Assembly: GCA_030153785.1 (NCBI GenBank)
Contig: JASKLF010000004.1
Location: forward strand, 17,551 to 81,550
Source of the DNA: a bacterium
GTDB lineage: Bacteria > Synergistota > GBS-1
Length of the DNA stretch: 64,000 bases
Reading direction: 5' to 3'
Positions 9,209 to 20,058 of this stretch are shown here, one piece after another. The notes under the pieces were generated by a model that was given only the letters and a program-made list of their open reading frames with translations, had not been told where the DNA came from and ran no database searches. A program made the translations under genes and the position numbers. The first letter of the stretch is position 1. Every line of letters begins with the position of its first letter.

Positions 9209-10450
9209 TTGCTCGAGTTTAGCGAATTAAGCACGAAAACGTTGTCGGAATTACAATCCATAGCAAAGGAGATGGGAGTTACAGGTTATTCTCGCCTCAG
9301 GAAGCAAGAAGTGATTTTTGAGATTCTTAGAGCCAAAGCAAAGAATAAAGGTCTTCTTTTTGGAGGGGGAATCCTTGAAATAGTTCCAGAAGGTATAGGT
9401 TTTTTAAGAACCAACGGATATCTTCCAGGTCCCTCGGATGTTTATGTTTCTGCTTCTCAGATAAAAAGGTTTAATCTGAGGACAGGTGATATAGTTTGGG
9501 GACAAACTCGTCCTCCTAAAGAGCAGGAACATTATTACTCTTTGTTAAGGGTTGAGGTAGTGAACTTCGAGGATCCAGAAAAGGCAAGAAATAGACCGTA
9601 TTTTGATGAACTTACTCCAATTTACCCATGTGAAAAGTTTAAACTTGAAAGTGATCCTACGGAGATATCAACCCGCCTGGTTGATCTTTTCGTTCCCATA
9701 GGTAAAGGACAAAGGGGGCTTATCGTTTCTCCACCTAAAGCTGGAAAAACTACCCTTTTGAAGAATATAGCGAATAGCATAACTGCAAATCATCCAGAGG
9801 TATTCCTTATAGTTTTGCTTATTGATGAGAGGCCTGAGGAAGTCACTGATATGCAAAGATCTGTCAAGGGAGAGGTTGTGAGTTCTACCTTCGATAGGCC
9901 TGTCCATGAACATCTTAAGGTTGCAGAACTTGTTTTGGAAAAAGCTAAGAGATTGGTAGAATATGGAAAAGATGTCGTAATTCTTTTAGATAGTTTAACT
10001 CGGTTGGCTAGAGCTTATAATTTAACCGTTCCTCCGAGTGGTAGAACTTTATCTGGAGGAATGGATTCTGTGGCTATTCACTATCCTAAGAGGTTTTTGG
10101 GAGCGGCTAGAAACATAGAGGAAGGCGGAAGCTTGACTATAATAGCTACAGCCTTAATAGATACAGGAAGCAGAATGGATGACTTGATTTATGAGGAGTT
10201 CAAGGGAACGGGGAACATGGAAATCCATCTGAGCAGAAAACTCGCTGAACAGAGGATTTTCCCTGCCATAGATTTGAAAAAATCTGGAACTCGTAAGGAA
10301 GAGCTTTTATTGCCTGAGGAGGACTTACAGAAGATATGGCTTTTAAGAAGAAGAACAGCTAATCTTGATGAAGCAGAGGTTTTACAGCTTCTCATTAAAA
10401 AGCTTCAAGAGACGAAAAGTAATGCCGAGTTTCTTAAGGCAATCAAATAG
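9209..10450 (+). CDS. rho: transcription termination factor Rho
   Basis: 413 aa with an N-terminal RNA-binding domain plus RecA-like ATPase (Walker [18 protein letters not shown]). The start is TTG. Confidence 0.9.
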   Translation: MLEFSELSTKTLSELQSIAKEMGVTGYSRLRKQEVIFEILRAKAKNKGLLFGGGILEIVPEGIGFLRTNGYLPGPSDVYVSASQIKRFNLRTGDIVWGQTRPPKEQEHYYSLLRVEVVNFEDPEKARNRPYFDELTPIYPCEKFKLESDPTEISTRLVDLFVPIGKGQRGLIVSPPKAGKTTLLKNIANSITANHPEVFLIVLLIDERPEEVTDMQRSVKGEVVSSTFDRPVHEHLKVAELVLEKAKRLVEYGKDVVILLDSLTRLARAYNLTVPPSGRTLSGGMDSVAIHYPKRFLGAARNIEEGGSLTIIATALIDTGSRMDDLIYEEFKGTGNMEIHLSRKLAEQRIFPAIDLKKSGTRKEELLLPEEDLQKIWLLRRRTANLDEAEVLQLLIKKLQETKSNAEFLKAIK

Positions 10451-10460
10451 GGGGGTGCTT

Positions 10461-11669
10461 TTGAGGTTTTCCTTCTCAAAGTTTGTGTTTTTGGTGTTAG
10501 GGGTTTCCTTTATGTTTTTTTTCTTGGCGTGGAAGGAATGTGGGACTTTATGGTTGATTAAGCGGGAGTTTTATGAGGAAACAAGATACGATTTTGAGAA
10601 GGAGCAATTAAGGGCTAGCAGAAGAGAGAGGCTTTATTCTTATTATGAATTGGCAACTTCCGATATGCGTATGGTGCTTGGTTCTTCAGCGGAGGGTTCC
10701 CTGGAAATTCCTCCCCTTCCGGAGATTAAGAAAATCCCATTCGTGGCTTATAGAATCGATGGAGTAATTGGTAGGGGGCTAAGTTTAGCTATTTCAGTTG
10801 ATAGGCTTGGCAAGCTATTTGCTTTAGGGGTTAACTCCTATTTGGGCGTAAAAGTCCCAAGTGGGGGGAAGCTGTTTTTGGAAATTGAAGGTGAAGTCCT
10901 TGCCAAAGAAAAGGAAAACCCGCTTAGGGTTGTTACCTATGTTGTTAAGCCGGGAGATACGTTGTGGGATATATCTAAAAAATTTAATATTTCAATTGAT
11001 ACTATAATAAGTGCGAATGAGCTTAAAAATCTGGACCTTCTGAAAATAGGCCAGGTATTGAAAATACCTAATGTGTCTGGGGTATTTCATAAAGTTAAAG
11101 CTGGAGATAGCTTATACGAGATTGCCAAGCTTTATAAGGCAGACATCAAGGAAATAGAAAAATATAACATAGATAAGGACTTGAAAACCTTAAAAGTGGG
11201 GACGTTAATTTTTGTTCCTGGCGGGAAACTCCCAGAAAAACCGAATCCTTCGCGGCCTCGTTGGCTTGCCTCTCGTGGAACTTCACGGACATTTATGTGG
11301 CCTTTAAGGGGGAGAATTACGTCACGATTTGGTTGGAGGCGGGATCCATTGTCAAGACGAAGGGAGTTTCATACCGGTTTAGATATTGCTGCTGAAAGGG
11401 GGGCGTATATAAGGGCTTCTCGTAGTGGCAAAGTTGTTTACGCAGGATGGCGGTCGGGATATGGGCTCTTGATAGTTATAGATCATGGTGGTGGATGGGA
11501 GACTTATTACGCTCATTGTAGCCGTGTAAATGTTAGGAAGGGACAGTATGTAAGGCGAGGAGAAGTAATTGGTAGAGTTGGAAGTACAGGTAGAACTACA
11601 GGTCCTCATTTGCATTTTGAAGTGAGGAAAGGTGGTAGACCCTTGAACCCCTTATGTTATCTTCGTTGA
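10461..11669 (+). CDS. LysM-domain / M23 family metallopeptidase (NlpD-like)
   Basis: An N-terminal TM anchor, two LysM repeats (YVVKPGDTLWDISKKF; HKVKAGDSLYEIAKLY) and a C-terminal M23 domain (HTGLDIAA...GSTGRTTGPHLHFEV). The start is ambiguous: GTG 10455 and TTG 10461 are both possible. The ATG 10365 listed in the ORF track overlaps rho. Confidence 0.75.
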   Translation: MRFSFSKFVFLVLGVSFMFFFLAWKECGTLWLIKREFYEETRYDFEKEQLRASRRERLYSYYELATSDMRMVLGSSAEGSLEIPPLPEIKKIPFVAYRIDGVIGRGLSLAISVDRLGKLFALGVNSYLGVKVPSGGKLFLEIEGEVLAKEKENPLRVVTYVVKPGDTLWDISKKFNISIDTIISANELKNLDLLKIGQVLKIPNVSGVFHKVKAGDSLYEIAKLYKADIKEIEKYNIDKDLKTLKVGTLIFVPGGKLPEKPNPSRPRWLASRGTSRTFMWPLRGRITSRFGWRRDPLSRRREFHTGLDIAAERGAYIRASRSGKVVYAGWRSGYGLLIVIDHGGGWETYYAHCSRVNVRKGQYVRRGEVIGRVGSTGRTTGPHLHFEVRKGGRPLNPLCYLR

Positions 11670-11683
11670 GGGTGGTTTTGAAC

Positions 11684-12130
11684 ATGGGAGAATGGGAACG
11701 TTTACTTAAGAGCCTTAGTGAAGAAGTCGAGAGTGCTAAAGTTTTAGAGTTGTTAGATGCCATTAAGCCTTTTGCTAATGAAGAACAAGTTAAAGAGAAA
11801 GTTGTTGAACTTTTACTTAATTCAAGTGATAGACTGGTCAGAATAAAGGCCACAGAAGTTCTTGAAGAGTTAACTTCTGCTGATGGTAGGGTGGTAGATG
11901 TGCTTATAACCTCTCTTTTGAATGATCCAGACGCTTTCGTTAGAGGATTTTCTGCCAAGGTGTTGGGAAAGCTTGGTGATGTTCGTGCGATAGATTTTCT
12001 AAAAAAAGCTCAAGAAGATGAAGATGGGTTTGTCAGGCATTATGCTTCCGAGGCTCTGAAAGTCCTTGAGATGAAGGGTAGACTATTAAGCATTATACAG
12101 AAAGCGAAAGGAGGATTAGTGAGTGGCTAA
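11684..12130 (+). CDS. HEAT/PBS-lyase repeat protein
   Basis: Repeated ...D..VR..A..ALG.LGD units. ATG 11684 is preceded by a GAGGGTGG RBS. The 3' end overlaps the pyrG start. Confidence 0.65.
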   Translation: MGEWERLLKSLSEEVESAKVLELLDAIKPFANEEQVKEKVVELLLNSSDRLVRIKATEVLEELTSADGRVVDVLITSLLNDPDAFVRGFSAKVLGKLGDVRAIDFLKKAQEDEDGFVRHYASEALKVLEMKGRLLSIIQKAKGGLVSG

Positions 12131-13727
12131 ATATATATTTGTTACTGGTGGAGTTTGCTCATCTTTGGGTAAAGGGATAACCGTTTCTTCTATAGGAGCC
12201 ATACTTAAGGCGCGGGGATTTAACGTGAGTGCTTTGAAATTTGATCCTTATTTGAACGTGGATGCGGGTACAATGAATCCCTATCAACACGGTGAGGTTT
12301 TTGTCACGGAGGACGGAGCCGAAACTGACCTCGACCTGGGGCATTATGAAAGATTTATGGATGTATATCTTACTTCAGACCATAATGTTACGGCAGGTAA
12401 AGTTTATCAATCGGTCATTCTAAAAGAGAGAGAAGGTAGATTTCTTGGTGCTACGGTTCAAGTTATCCCCCATGTCACAGATGAGATAAAAAACAGGATA
12501 AGAAAAGTAGCGAAAGGGCTTGATGTCTTGATTGTCGAAGTGGGAGGAACGGTGGGAGATATAGAGGGGCTTCCTTTTTTAGAAGCGATAAGACAATTGC
12601 GGGTTGAGGAAGGATTTGAAAACACGCTTTATGTTCACGTTACGCTTGTCCCTTATTTAAAAACTGCTGGGGAAACTAAAACGAAGCCTACACAACATAG
12701 TGTAAACGAGCTTCGAAGAATAGGTATTCAGCCGGATATATTGGTATGTAGGACCGAACGAGCGTTATCTGAAGAGGCTATTAAGAAGATAGCTCTCTTC
12801 TCAAATCTTCCTGTTAGTGCGGTCATAGAAGCAAGGGATGCGAGACTAATTTATGAAGTTCCGTTAAATCTGGAGAATAAAGGATTGGGAAACTTAATTT
12901 GTAGGAAGCTTGGCCTCCCAGCTGTAAATCCGAATTTGACAGTTTTTGCTGAGTTCTTGGAATCGTGGCTGAATCCTGTTGGGGAAGTAAATGTAGCCGT
13001 GGTTGGTAAGTATGTGAAACATAAAGATGCCTATATAAGCGTTGCAGAGGCTTTAATGCATGCGGCCGTTTATTGGAAAAGGAAGTTAAACCTTCGTTGG
13101 ATAGATGCTGAGGAGATAAAGGAAGGGACTGAGGAGAAATACTTAAGCGGTGCGGATGGTATTCTTGTGCCTGGCGGATTTGGTTTCCGCGGGATAGAAG
13201 GAAAGATGAGGGCTATTAAGTATGCACGAGAGAATAAAATACCGTTTTTAGGGTTATGCTTCGGAATGCAGTGTGCTGTAATAGAATTTGCAAGAAACGT
13301 ATGTGGTTTGTCTGGTGCCAATACTACGGAAGTAGATCCTGCTACTCCTCATCCTGTTATTGATCTCTTGCCTGAGCAAAGAAAGCTTAAAGATTTAGGG
13401 GGAACTATGAGATTGGGAAGTTACCCATGTAGGTTGCTAAGGGAAAGCAAATCATTTCTTGCATATGGTGAGGAACTCATCTATGAAAGGCATAGACATA
13501 GATATGAATTCAATAATGAATATAGAGAATTGTTATCTTCCAAAGGATTGAAGATTGTAGGAACTTCTCCTAATGGGAGCCTTGTGGAAATAGTAGAGCT
13601 TGATGAGCATCCTTGGTTTGTTGGTGTTCAATTTCATCCCGAGTTTAAATCAAGGCCCTATAGGCCCAATCCGTTGTTTAGGGAGTTCTTGAATGCTTGT
13701 ATAAAACAGAGGGAGGGGAGACTATGA
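12123..13727 (+). CDS. pyrG: CTP synthase
   Basis: 534 aa with N-terminus [17 protein letters not shown] and a C-terminal GATase (GLCFGMQ). Confidence 0.95.
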   Translation: MAKYIFVTGGVCSSLGKGITVSSIGAILKARGFNVSALKFDPYLNVDAGTMNPYQHGEVFVTEDGAETDLDLGHYERFMDVYLTSDHNVTAGKVYQSVILKEREGRFLGATVQVIPHVTDEIKNRIRKVAKGLDVLIVEVGGTVGDIEGLPFLEAIRQLRVEEGFENTLYVHVTLVPYLKTAGETKTKPTQHSVNELRRIGIQPDILVCRTERALSEEAIKKIALFSNLPVSAVIEARDARLIYEVPLNLENKGLGNLICRKLGLPAVNPNLTVFAEFLESWLNPVGEVNVAVVGKYVKHKDAYISVAEALMHAAVYWKRKLNLRWIDAEEIKEGTEEKYLSGADGILVPGGFGFRGIEGKMRAIKYARENKIPFLGLCFGMQCAVIEFARNVCGLSGANTTEVDPATPHPVIDLLPEQRKLKDLGGTMRLGSYPCRLLRESKSFLAYGEELIYERHRHRYEFNNEYRELLSSKGLKIVGTSPNGSLVEIVELDEHPWFVGVQFHPEFKSRPYRPNPLFREFLNACIKQREGRL

Positions 13728-14737
13728 GAAAAATAGTGGTAATCTTTAGCATATTGACTTTTTGGGCACTATTTTGTTCGTTTTCGATCGTAGTTGCGCA
13801 GGAATCCTTTATAAGTGACCTTGTTAAAGTGGAGAGTATTGTATACGGTGAACCGCAAAGCGGTGCTGTGCTGGAAAGATTGAATAAAATAGAGAACCTA
13901 CTTTTCGGTAGAACGTTACCGGGAACTGTGGCAGAAAGGCAAAAAAGGCTTGTGGAGTTTGTTCTTAATGGAATGGAAGGGGATTATCCTTTAACTTTTA
14001 AGATATCTTCCTTGGAGTGGCTAGTTTTGCAGGAAGTTACTTCTGGACCTTTAGCCAATAGAATAGATAAACTTGAAGAGTTGATTTTAGGAGAACGGAG
14101 AGCGGATAAGCCTGTAGCTTGGAGAGTTGAGAATTTGATGAAACTATGTGTTCCTACAGGTGAAATAAAAATGGAAGATGTAGAGTTGCCCAAGGGACAG
14201 CTAATCAAGGTTTCTCTTTTGACCCCTATGGATTCGAGGAATAATAAACCTAAGGACGAGGTTAAGTTCAGGGTAGTTGAGGATTTGGTTTTTGAGAATG
14301 TGCTTGTGATTCCAAGGGGAGCCATAGGTGTTGGTGAAATTGTTAAGGTGGAAAGAGCTGGTGCTTTTGGAAAGACTGGGAAGATAGAGGTAAGGTTCAA
14401 ATATGTAGAAAGTATAGCAGGCCAAAAGATACCTGTTTATGTTGGGGAGCGTGCGGCTGAAGAGACCAAGAAAGAAGTTGAAAGCAGAGCATGGGCAGCG
14501 ATAACAAGCTTCGTAGGGTTAGGTGTTTTTGGCCCTGTCGGGTTAGTTGCAGGAGCTTTCGTTCATGGCGCAGAAGCTAAAATTCCCGCGGGTACTAAGT
14601 TTTACTTGGAGGTTAGCGAAGATGTAAGCGTTAAGGGATTAGCTACAAGTTTTCTTAAAGAAGAAGGCAAGGAGCCTTCGGAGGTAGAGAAAGAAGGTGG
14701 AGAAGAGACAAAGGTTGAAAAAGAAAGTCAGCCCTAA
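13724..14737 (+). CDS. secreted hypothetical protein (signal peptide, Gly-rich hydrophobic C-terminal segment, acidic tail)
   Basis: A GGGAGGGGAG RBS lies before ATG 13724 ([17 protein letters not shown]...). No family recognised. Confidence 0.6.
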   Translation: MRKIVVIFSILTFWALFCSFSIVVAQESFISDLVKVESIVYGEPQSGAVLERLNKIENLLFGRTLPGTVAERQKRLVEFVLNGMEGDYPLTFKISSLEWLVLQEVTSGPLANRIDKLEELILGERRADKPVAWRVENLMKLCVPTGEIKMEDVELPKGQLIKVSLLTPMDSRNNKPKDEVKFRVVEDLVFENVLVIPRGAIGVGEIVKVERAGAFGKTGKIEVRFKYVESIAGQKIPVYVGERAAEETKKEVESRAWAAITSFVGLGVFGPVGLVAGAFVHGAEAKIPAGTKFYLEVSEDVSVKGLATSFLKEEGKEPSEVEKEGGEETKVEKESQP

Positions 14738-15917
14738 AAGTAGTTATGTTTTTCTGTTTTTCCTTTTATGTTTTTTGATAAGTGTTCATCTTTCCGATGC
14801 TTGCGCTCAAGTAGGAGATAGTAGTGCCGTTGAGCTTAAAAAAAACTTTGTCGAGTTGATGAATCGTTGGGTTGCTTTTAGGTGGGGGCTAAACTGTATA
14901 GTTTATGTCTTGTATTATGATTCTTCTATATTAGATCCTTGGATAGAGCTGAATGCTAAATTGAATGGATGGGATGATGTAGAGAAAGAGGAGTTCAAGA
15001 AGAGCGTTATGGAAGCTCTTAAAGTGGGGAAGTATTCGGCTTTTTTGGTTACCATTGAGAACTTAGGTAAAGAACCCATATCTTTGTCCCCTTTTTCTGA
15101 TAAAGTTTTTCTGGAAGACTCAAAAGGTAGGAAATACAAGGTTTCAAGTTACGAATCTCAGTTAGATTCTCCGATAACTGGTAAAGTTCAGGGATTGGTT
15201 TTCTTTCCGTTGCTTTCTGATGACGCTAGTAGGATAACTTTTAAAATGTTAGGTTTACCAGATGGGGAAGCCTCACTTTCATGGGAGTTGAAAAAGAAAG
15301 AAGCGGTAAAAGCGGTCAAGGAGGAGAAAAAAGAACTCACATGGGAACAAATTATGGCCAGTACTCCGAAAGGCAAGGAAGAAAATAAGGCAAAAAAAGA
15401 AAAGATAGAGGTTAAGGTTGTTAAGCCCAGCACCAAAGTAAAGACACCCCCAAAGCCAAACCTTCCTGAATTACCGAAATCGAAAAAGGCTTATCCACCC
15501 CAAGGGGGAAAGAGTAGTAAAGTTTTAGAACAACCCGTGTCTAACTCTACCCCGAAGATTGAGATAAATACTGATAATAAGGCGATCGTTAATGAGTTAG
15601 GGAAAAAGAAAACGGCTTCACAGATTGTTGTAGAGTTTTTAGAAGCTTGGAAATTAAAAGAGTATGAGAGGATGTATTCTATGTTAGCTTCTCCCACTCG
15701 TGAGAAAATGTCTTTAGATGAATTTAAGAAGTTGGTTGAAGAAAAACTGCCGGGTTGGCTTAAAAGCGGCGATTGGAAGATGTTACCCTCGAAAGAGAAA
15801 GACGGAGAAGCTCGTGTTAGCCTTATTTCTACCATAAAGCTCGGCTTTATAAGGTTATTGGAGAGTTACACCTTTGCCTTAACTTTAGAAAAGGAAGGGT
15901 GGAAGGTTAAATTTTAG
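14697..15917 (+). CDS. secreted Lys/Glu/Pro-rich hypothetical protein
   Basis: 406 aa with a signal-like segment FLFFLLCFLISVHLSDACAQ and a low-complexity KKEKIEVKVVKPSTKVKTPPKPNLPELPKSKK stretch. The start is uncertain. Confidence 0.5.
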   Translation: MEKRQRLKKKVSPKSSYVFLFFLLCFLISVHLSDACAQVGDSSAVELKKNFVELMNRWVAFRWGLNCIVYVLYYDSSILDPWIELNAKLNGWDDVEKEEFKKSVMEALKVGKYSAFLVTIENLGKEPISLSPFSDKVFLEDSKGRKYKVSSYESQLDSPITGKVQGLVFFPLLSDDASRITFKMLGLPDGEASLSWELKKKEAVKAVKEEKKELTWEQIMASTPKGKEENKAKKEKIEVKVVKPSTKVKTPPKPNLPELPKSKKAYPPQGGKSSKVLEQPVSNSTPKIEINTDNKAIVNELGKKKTASQIVVEFLEAWKLKEYERMYSMLASPTREKMSLDEFKKLVEEKLPGWLKSGDWKMLPSKEKDGEARVSLISTIKLGFIRLLESYTFALTLEKEGWKVKF

Positions 15918-15979
15918 GATCCAAAAAAAATTTTGTTATAATTATAATAGTTTTTTCTGGAGTTTTTGTAAGTTACCTT

Positions 15980-16453
15980 TTGATGCTTTCAATGGATATA
16001 AGGGAAAATCGTGTTGAAAATTTTGATGACGATACACAATTTACGATAGAGGATGTAAATTTTTTTGAATCAATGGGGAAAGACGAGACTTTAGCTATAT
16101 CTGCCAAGAAAGTTGTTAGGACTGAAAACGTTATAGATGGAGAAAAGATATTCTTGGAATTGAGAAAGGGTGATAGTGCTCTTTTAGGAGTTACAGGAAG
16201 ACGTGGTACTTATTACTTTGATAAGTTAGAGGCCATACTTGAGGGGAACGTTCGTGGAAAATTTGGTGATCTCGAGTGGGAAGCACTTCGCATGCATTGG
16301 TATGTCAAGCTTGGTGAAATTGTTTCGGAGGAAGGAGTCAGGTTTACTTTTAAAGATGGGGTTGGTAAATCGTCTAAGATGGTCATACGTCCAACTGAGG
16401 GGGTTGTGGAGTTTGTTGGAAGGGTGGAAATCAGTGTTCTTGAAAATAAGTAA
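15980..16453 (+). CDS. LptC/LptA-like (OstA-fold) protein without signal peptide or TM anchor
   Basis: 157 aa. The stretch LEAILEGNVRGKFGDLEWEA resembles the LptC/LptA jellyroll signature (L.L.GNV...). It overlaps the lptD start. The start is TTG. Confidence 0.4.
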   Translation: MMLSMDIRENRVENFDDDTQFTIEDVNFFESMGKDETLAISAKKVVRTENVIDGEKIFLELRKGDSALLGVTGRRGTYYFDKLEAILEGNVRGKFGDLEWEALRMHWYVKLGEIVSEEGVRFTFKDGVGKSSKMVIRPTEGVVEFVGRVEISVLENK

Positions 16454-18125
16454 AAAGAGTCTTTTTTTGCTGTTTCTTGGTTTTATGGTTATTCCACTTC
16501 CATCCTATTGCGAAGAAGTGGCGGAAATAGAAGCTGTTAGCTTGATTTATATTCCTGAGGAGCATAAAGTTGTAGGAGAAGGTGACGTTTGCATAAAGCA
16601 TAGGGATTTTAATATACGCGCTGATAAAGTTATTTATTTAGTGGAGGAAGGAGAAATTTTTGCAGAAGCTGTATTAGGTAGGAAAGTTGAGATATCTCGT
16701 AATGGGTATAAACTTTATGGTGATAGCCTTTATTATAATCTTTTTGAAAATAAGGGTTTTATGACAGGGGCTGAGTCCAGCGCAAATGGTGTAAATCTAA
16801 AAGGCGATAGGTTAGAATTTTATATGACTGATGAAGTTCCTCCTAAAAAGTTTCTCTTTTTTAGGAGTTCCCCCAAAAAGTTAAAAAAGCCAGCTTTTGA
16901 GTTTTCCATGGTTAATGGAAGGTTTACTACCTGTAAACTTTATCGACCTTCATACTATGTAATAGGTTCGAAGATAATTCTCTACCCTGATAGAAGTATT
17001 AGGATTGTAAAGCCTACTATATTTATTGGAGAAGAAAGGTTTTTAACTTTTCCGTTTGATTATACTTTCAGTATCGAGCGTAGAGAGTTCTCCTTCGTTG
17101 CTCCTGTTTTAGGCTTCACTTCTACCCTTGGATGGTATGGGGGTTTTTCTTTCAGGAATGCCTCAACCGATTTTCCTTTTAGTATAACTTTACTTTATTC
17201 TGAAAAGCAAGATCTTGTGGGGAAAGCGAGTGGAGGTTTTGGCCTCTATGATAACTGGCGCTTTTATTTTGACTTGGAGAGATCAGAGGAGTGGCAAGAT
17301 GAAAAACTTAAGTGGAGGACGTTATTGAGGCTTGCTAAAATAAGCAAGGACTTAGATATATCCTTGTCTTATATAAAGAATAGAAAGCTTTGGGTTCTTC
17401 GGGATGATGCGGATATAAAGGCGGTTTATTCTGCTGTTCCTGAGTTGTACTTTAAATATTCTGTTAAGCCTTTTGTTCTTTTTGCTAGATGGGGGGATTA
17501 TGAGGAAGGAGGATTAAGAGAAGGCAAGCTTACTTTAGGAGGGGCTATAAATCTAAGTGAGAAAATAAAAGAAAATATCGTTTTTGATTCGACCCTTGTT
17601 TACTTAAAGGACTATTACGAAAGTGAATATGAAAGGGAGATTTTATATCACGAAGAGATTCTTAAGTGGAGCGTGGGAATGTTTACTGTAGTGGGAGGAT
17701 ATCTTGAACGTAAAGTTTCGGGGGAAACCCCATTCTATTTCGATAAGTATGAAGTGCTCCGAAAGTATCTTGTTGGAGTAGAGTACTCCTCCGATATGGC
17801 CAAATTAAAGAATTACTTTTATTATGACGACTTTAAGGATAATTGGAGAGATTTTATTGGTGAGTTTTCTTTAAACTTGGGAGCGAGAGTGTATTTTTCT
17901 ATTAAGCCTTGGTATTATCTTGATGAGGGGAATTGGCGTGAAATCGATTATAATATAGTTTACTATTTGTGTCCGTGTGGTTGTACAAGCTTGGAACTTA
18001 CATTCCATGATGACTTAAGGAAAGAAAACGATGATGTGCTTTGGCTAAAGTTTTACATTTCTTCGGCTGCCTTTTCTCTTGTTTCTGGCTCATTGCCGGA
18101 AAAGGATAGCTTGATTCCTCGCTAA
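16434..18125 (+). CDS. lptD: LPS-assembly protein LptD (OstA) homolog
   Basis: A signal peptide (FLKISKKSLFLLFLGFMVIPLPS) starts at GTG 16434, preceded by GGTGGA. It has an OstA_N-like domain (IRADKVIY...LYGDSLYYN) and a large Tyr/Phe-rich beta-barrel region. Confidence 0.6.
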   Translation: MFLKISKKSLFLLFLGFMVIPLPSYCEEVAEIEAVSLIYIPEEHKVVGEGDVCIKHRDFNIRADKVIYLVEEGEIFAEAVLGRKVEISRNGYKLYGDSLYYNLFENKGFMTGAESSANGVNLKGDRLEFYMTDEVPPKKFLFFRSSPKKLKKPAFEFSMVNGRFTTCKLYRPSYYVIGSKIILYPDRSIRIVKPTIFIGEERFLTFPFDYTFSIERREFSFVAPVLGFTSTLGWYGGFSFRNASTDFPFSITLLYSEKQDLVGKASGGFGLYDNWRFYFDLERSEEWQDEKLKWRTLLRLAKISKDLDISLSYIKNRKLWVLRDDADIKAVYSAVPELYFKYSVKPFVLFARWGDYEEGGLREGKLTLGGAINLSEKIKENIVFDSTLVYLKDYYESEYEREILYHEEILKWSVGMFTVVGGYLERKVSGETPFYFDKYEVLRKYLVGVEYSSDMAKLKNYFYYDDFKDNWRDFIGEFSLNLGARVYFSIKPWYYLDEGNWREIDYNIVYYLCPCGCTSLELTFHDDLRKENDDVLWLKFYISSAAFSLVSGSLPEKDSLIPR

Positions 18126-18142
18126 AAGGAGTATATAATAAG

Positions 18143-19174
18143 ATGAAGTTTTTGGCGTTAGATTCTGGTAGTAAGAAATGGGGTTATGCAATCTTCCTTG
18201 GAAAGGAAGTCAAAGAGAAGGGTATAATTGGTGCCTCTAAGTTGGAAGATTTCTTGATTAGGGTCAGAATTGCTGAAAACCTTGATTTTGTGGTCGTTGG
18301 AAGGAGAAAGGGTGCTATAGAAAAGCTTAAGTCATTGGATAAAGTTGATATATTTACGGTAGACGAAATGGACACTACTATAAAGGCGCGAGATTTGTAC
18401 TTTTCTGAATTTCCCCCAAGGGGCCTACTTAATTTACTTCCGAAGGGATTAAGGCTTCCACGTAGGCCAATTGACGATTTTGCTGCCGTGATTATTGGGA
18501 GAAGGTTTTTAGAGAGTCCTTTAGGAATCTTTAAGCTCTTGGAAGAGGCTTTTTTAAAGATCGTTAGGGAAAATAGAAATATTGAGGAAGAAACTGTGTC
18601 TATCAAGAGTTTTTCGTTGGATGTTTGTGAGGGTAAAGTAGATGATGGTTATATAATAGAAGTTGAAATCGCAGGTTTTAAAGGACGTGCATTTGGTAAC
18701 GTTCGTTATAAAAGTACTGTTGTTAAGCTAAAAGATTTGATTAATAAAAGGTTAATTTCGTTTAAAAACAGGTTTCTTTTGGTAGCACTTTTAAATGCGC
18801 TTTTTTGTTTTAGTGGTGGAGTTGAGCATACTCTGCATTGTGAGAAAAATGAGCGCTCTGTTTGTGCTGAAAATCTTGTTACCATGATAACTAAGACATG
18901 GGGAAAAGTAAAGATTTGTGTAAGTGGAAATGACCCTGTCATTATTGAAAAACTAAAGAAAAGATTCAATGTTAGCTTGTTCGATAGTAATTCTGATGAA
19001 GAAAGCTTGTTGAAAAATAGCGATCTTTTCCTTGCCTTCGGTGGGTCGCTTTTTGATGGTAGACTGAGTAAGTTTTTGGCTTTAAAGAGGCCCATATTAT
19101 GTTGTGGGCCTACCATGATATCACCTTCTATAATTTTAGAGGAGATTCAAGGATATTGTCCTTTAAGCAAGTAA
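18143..19174 (+). CDS. YqgF/RuvC-like (RNase H fold) nuclease domain fused to a ~200 aa C-terminal domain of unknown function
   Basis: The N-terminus [18 protein letters not shown]...VVVG...DEMDTT...[11 protein letters not shown] resembles the ~140 aa YqgF/pre-16S nuclease. The ORF continues to 343 aa. Confidence 0.55.
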   Translation: MKFLALDSGSKKWGYAIFLGKEVKEKGIIGASKLEDFLIRVRIAENLDFVVVGRRKGAIEKLKSLDKVDIFTVDEMDTTIKARDLYFSEFPPRGLLNLLPKGLRLPRRPIDDFAAVIIGRRFLESPLGIFKLLEEAFLKIVRENRNIEEETVSIKSFSLDVCEGKVDDGYIIEVEIAGFKGRAFGNVRYKSTVVKLKDLINKRLISFKNRFLLVALLNALFCFSGGVEHTLHCEKNERSVCAENLVTMITKTWGKVKICVSGNDPVIIEKLKKRFNVSLFDSNSDEESLLKNSDLFLAFGGSLFDGRLSKFLALKRPILCCGPTMISPSIILEEIQGYCPLSK

Positions 19175-19193
19175 TTTGGGGAGGTGTAAGGAT

Positions 19194-19412
19194 ATGAAAA
19201 AAGAGATTCATCCACCCTATGGAGAATGCACGGTAGTTTGTGCGTGTGGTAACACATGGAAAACTCGTTCTACTAAGAAATTTATAAGAGTTGAGGTGTG
19301 CTCGAGTTGCCATCCTTTTTATACTGGAAAGCAAAAGACAATTGCAGCTACAGGAAGAATAGAACAGTTCCTTAAGAAATATGGAACAAAAGATGAAGGT
19401 CAAGCTTCTTAA
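19194..19412 (+). CDS. rpmE: 50S ribosomal protein L31
   Basis: MKKEIHPPY...CACGNTW...[13 protein letters not shown] matches L31. A GGGAGGTG RBS lies before ATG 19194. Confidence 0.85.
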   Translation: MKKEIHPPYGECTVVCACGNTWKTRSTKKFIRVEVCSSCHPFYTGKQKTIAATGRIEQFLKKYGTKDEGQAS

Positions 19413-20058
19413 TTTTACGCCAAAGCCTGACCTTACAGTTTATCTTGCAGCCAGGGTTTGTTATTCTAAGGTTGGTATAGAGGAGCTTGAAGAAGAAATT
19501 AGCGATGAAAGGGTAAAAAAACTTATAAGGAAGGTTGTTATGTCGGGTCATCACTCGGTGTTGGAGCATGCTTATTTTACTTTTGGTGTAGAGGGTGTTT
19601 CTCGAGTTACCACTCATCAGCTTGTGAGGCATAGAATAGCAAGTTACTCTCAGCAAAGCTTGCGGTGGGTTGATGCGAAGGATATGGAAGTAGTTGTTCC
19701 TCCATCCATATTGGAGAGACCAGAAGCTTTGATGCTATTCAATGAAGCCATTGAAAAAACGAGAGAGGTATACGATAAACTTTTAAGAATTGGAGTTCCT
19801 AAAGAAGATGCGAGATTTGTAATTCCTCAAGGGATCTCGTCAAAAATTGTGTTCTCTATGAATGCCAGGGAATTGCATCATTTCTTTAGGCTAAGGTTAT
19901 GTACCAGAGCTCAGTGGGAAATTAGGGAGTTAGCGCGTCTTGTTCTTGCTGAAGTAAGAAAAGTTGCACCTATAATATTTGAGAAGGTAGGTCCTCCTTG
20001 TGTTATGGAGGGGAAGTGTTTTGAAGAGAAGCCTTGTGATAGCCCTCCAAGCCTCTAA
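19393..20058 (+). CDS. thyX: FAD-dependent thymidylate synthase ThyX
   Basis: ThyX motifs [14 protein letters not shown] and HSVLEH are present. The likely start is MKVKLL at 19393; the ORF track gives 19381. It overlaps the rpmE 3' end. Confidence 0.85.
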   Translation: MKVKLLNFTPKPDLTVYLAARVCYSKVGIEELEEEISDERVKKLIRKVVMSGHHSVLEHAYFTFGVEGVSRVTTHQLVRHRIASYSQQSLRWVDAKDMEVVVPPSILERPEALMLFNEAIEKTREVYDKLLRIGVPKEDARFVIPQGISSKIVFSMNARELHHFFRLRLCTRAQWEIRELARLVLAEVRKVAPIIFEKVGPPCVMEGKCFEEKPCDSPPSL

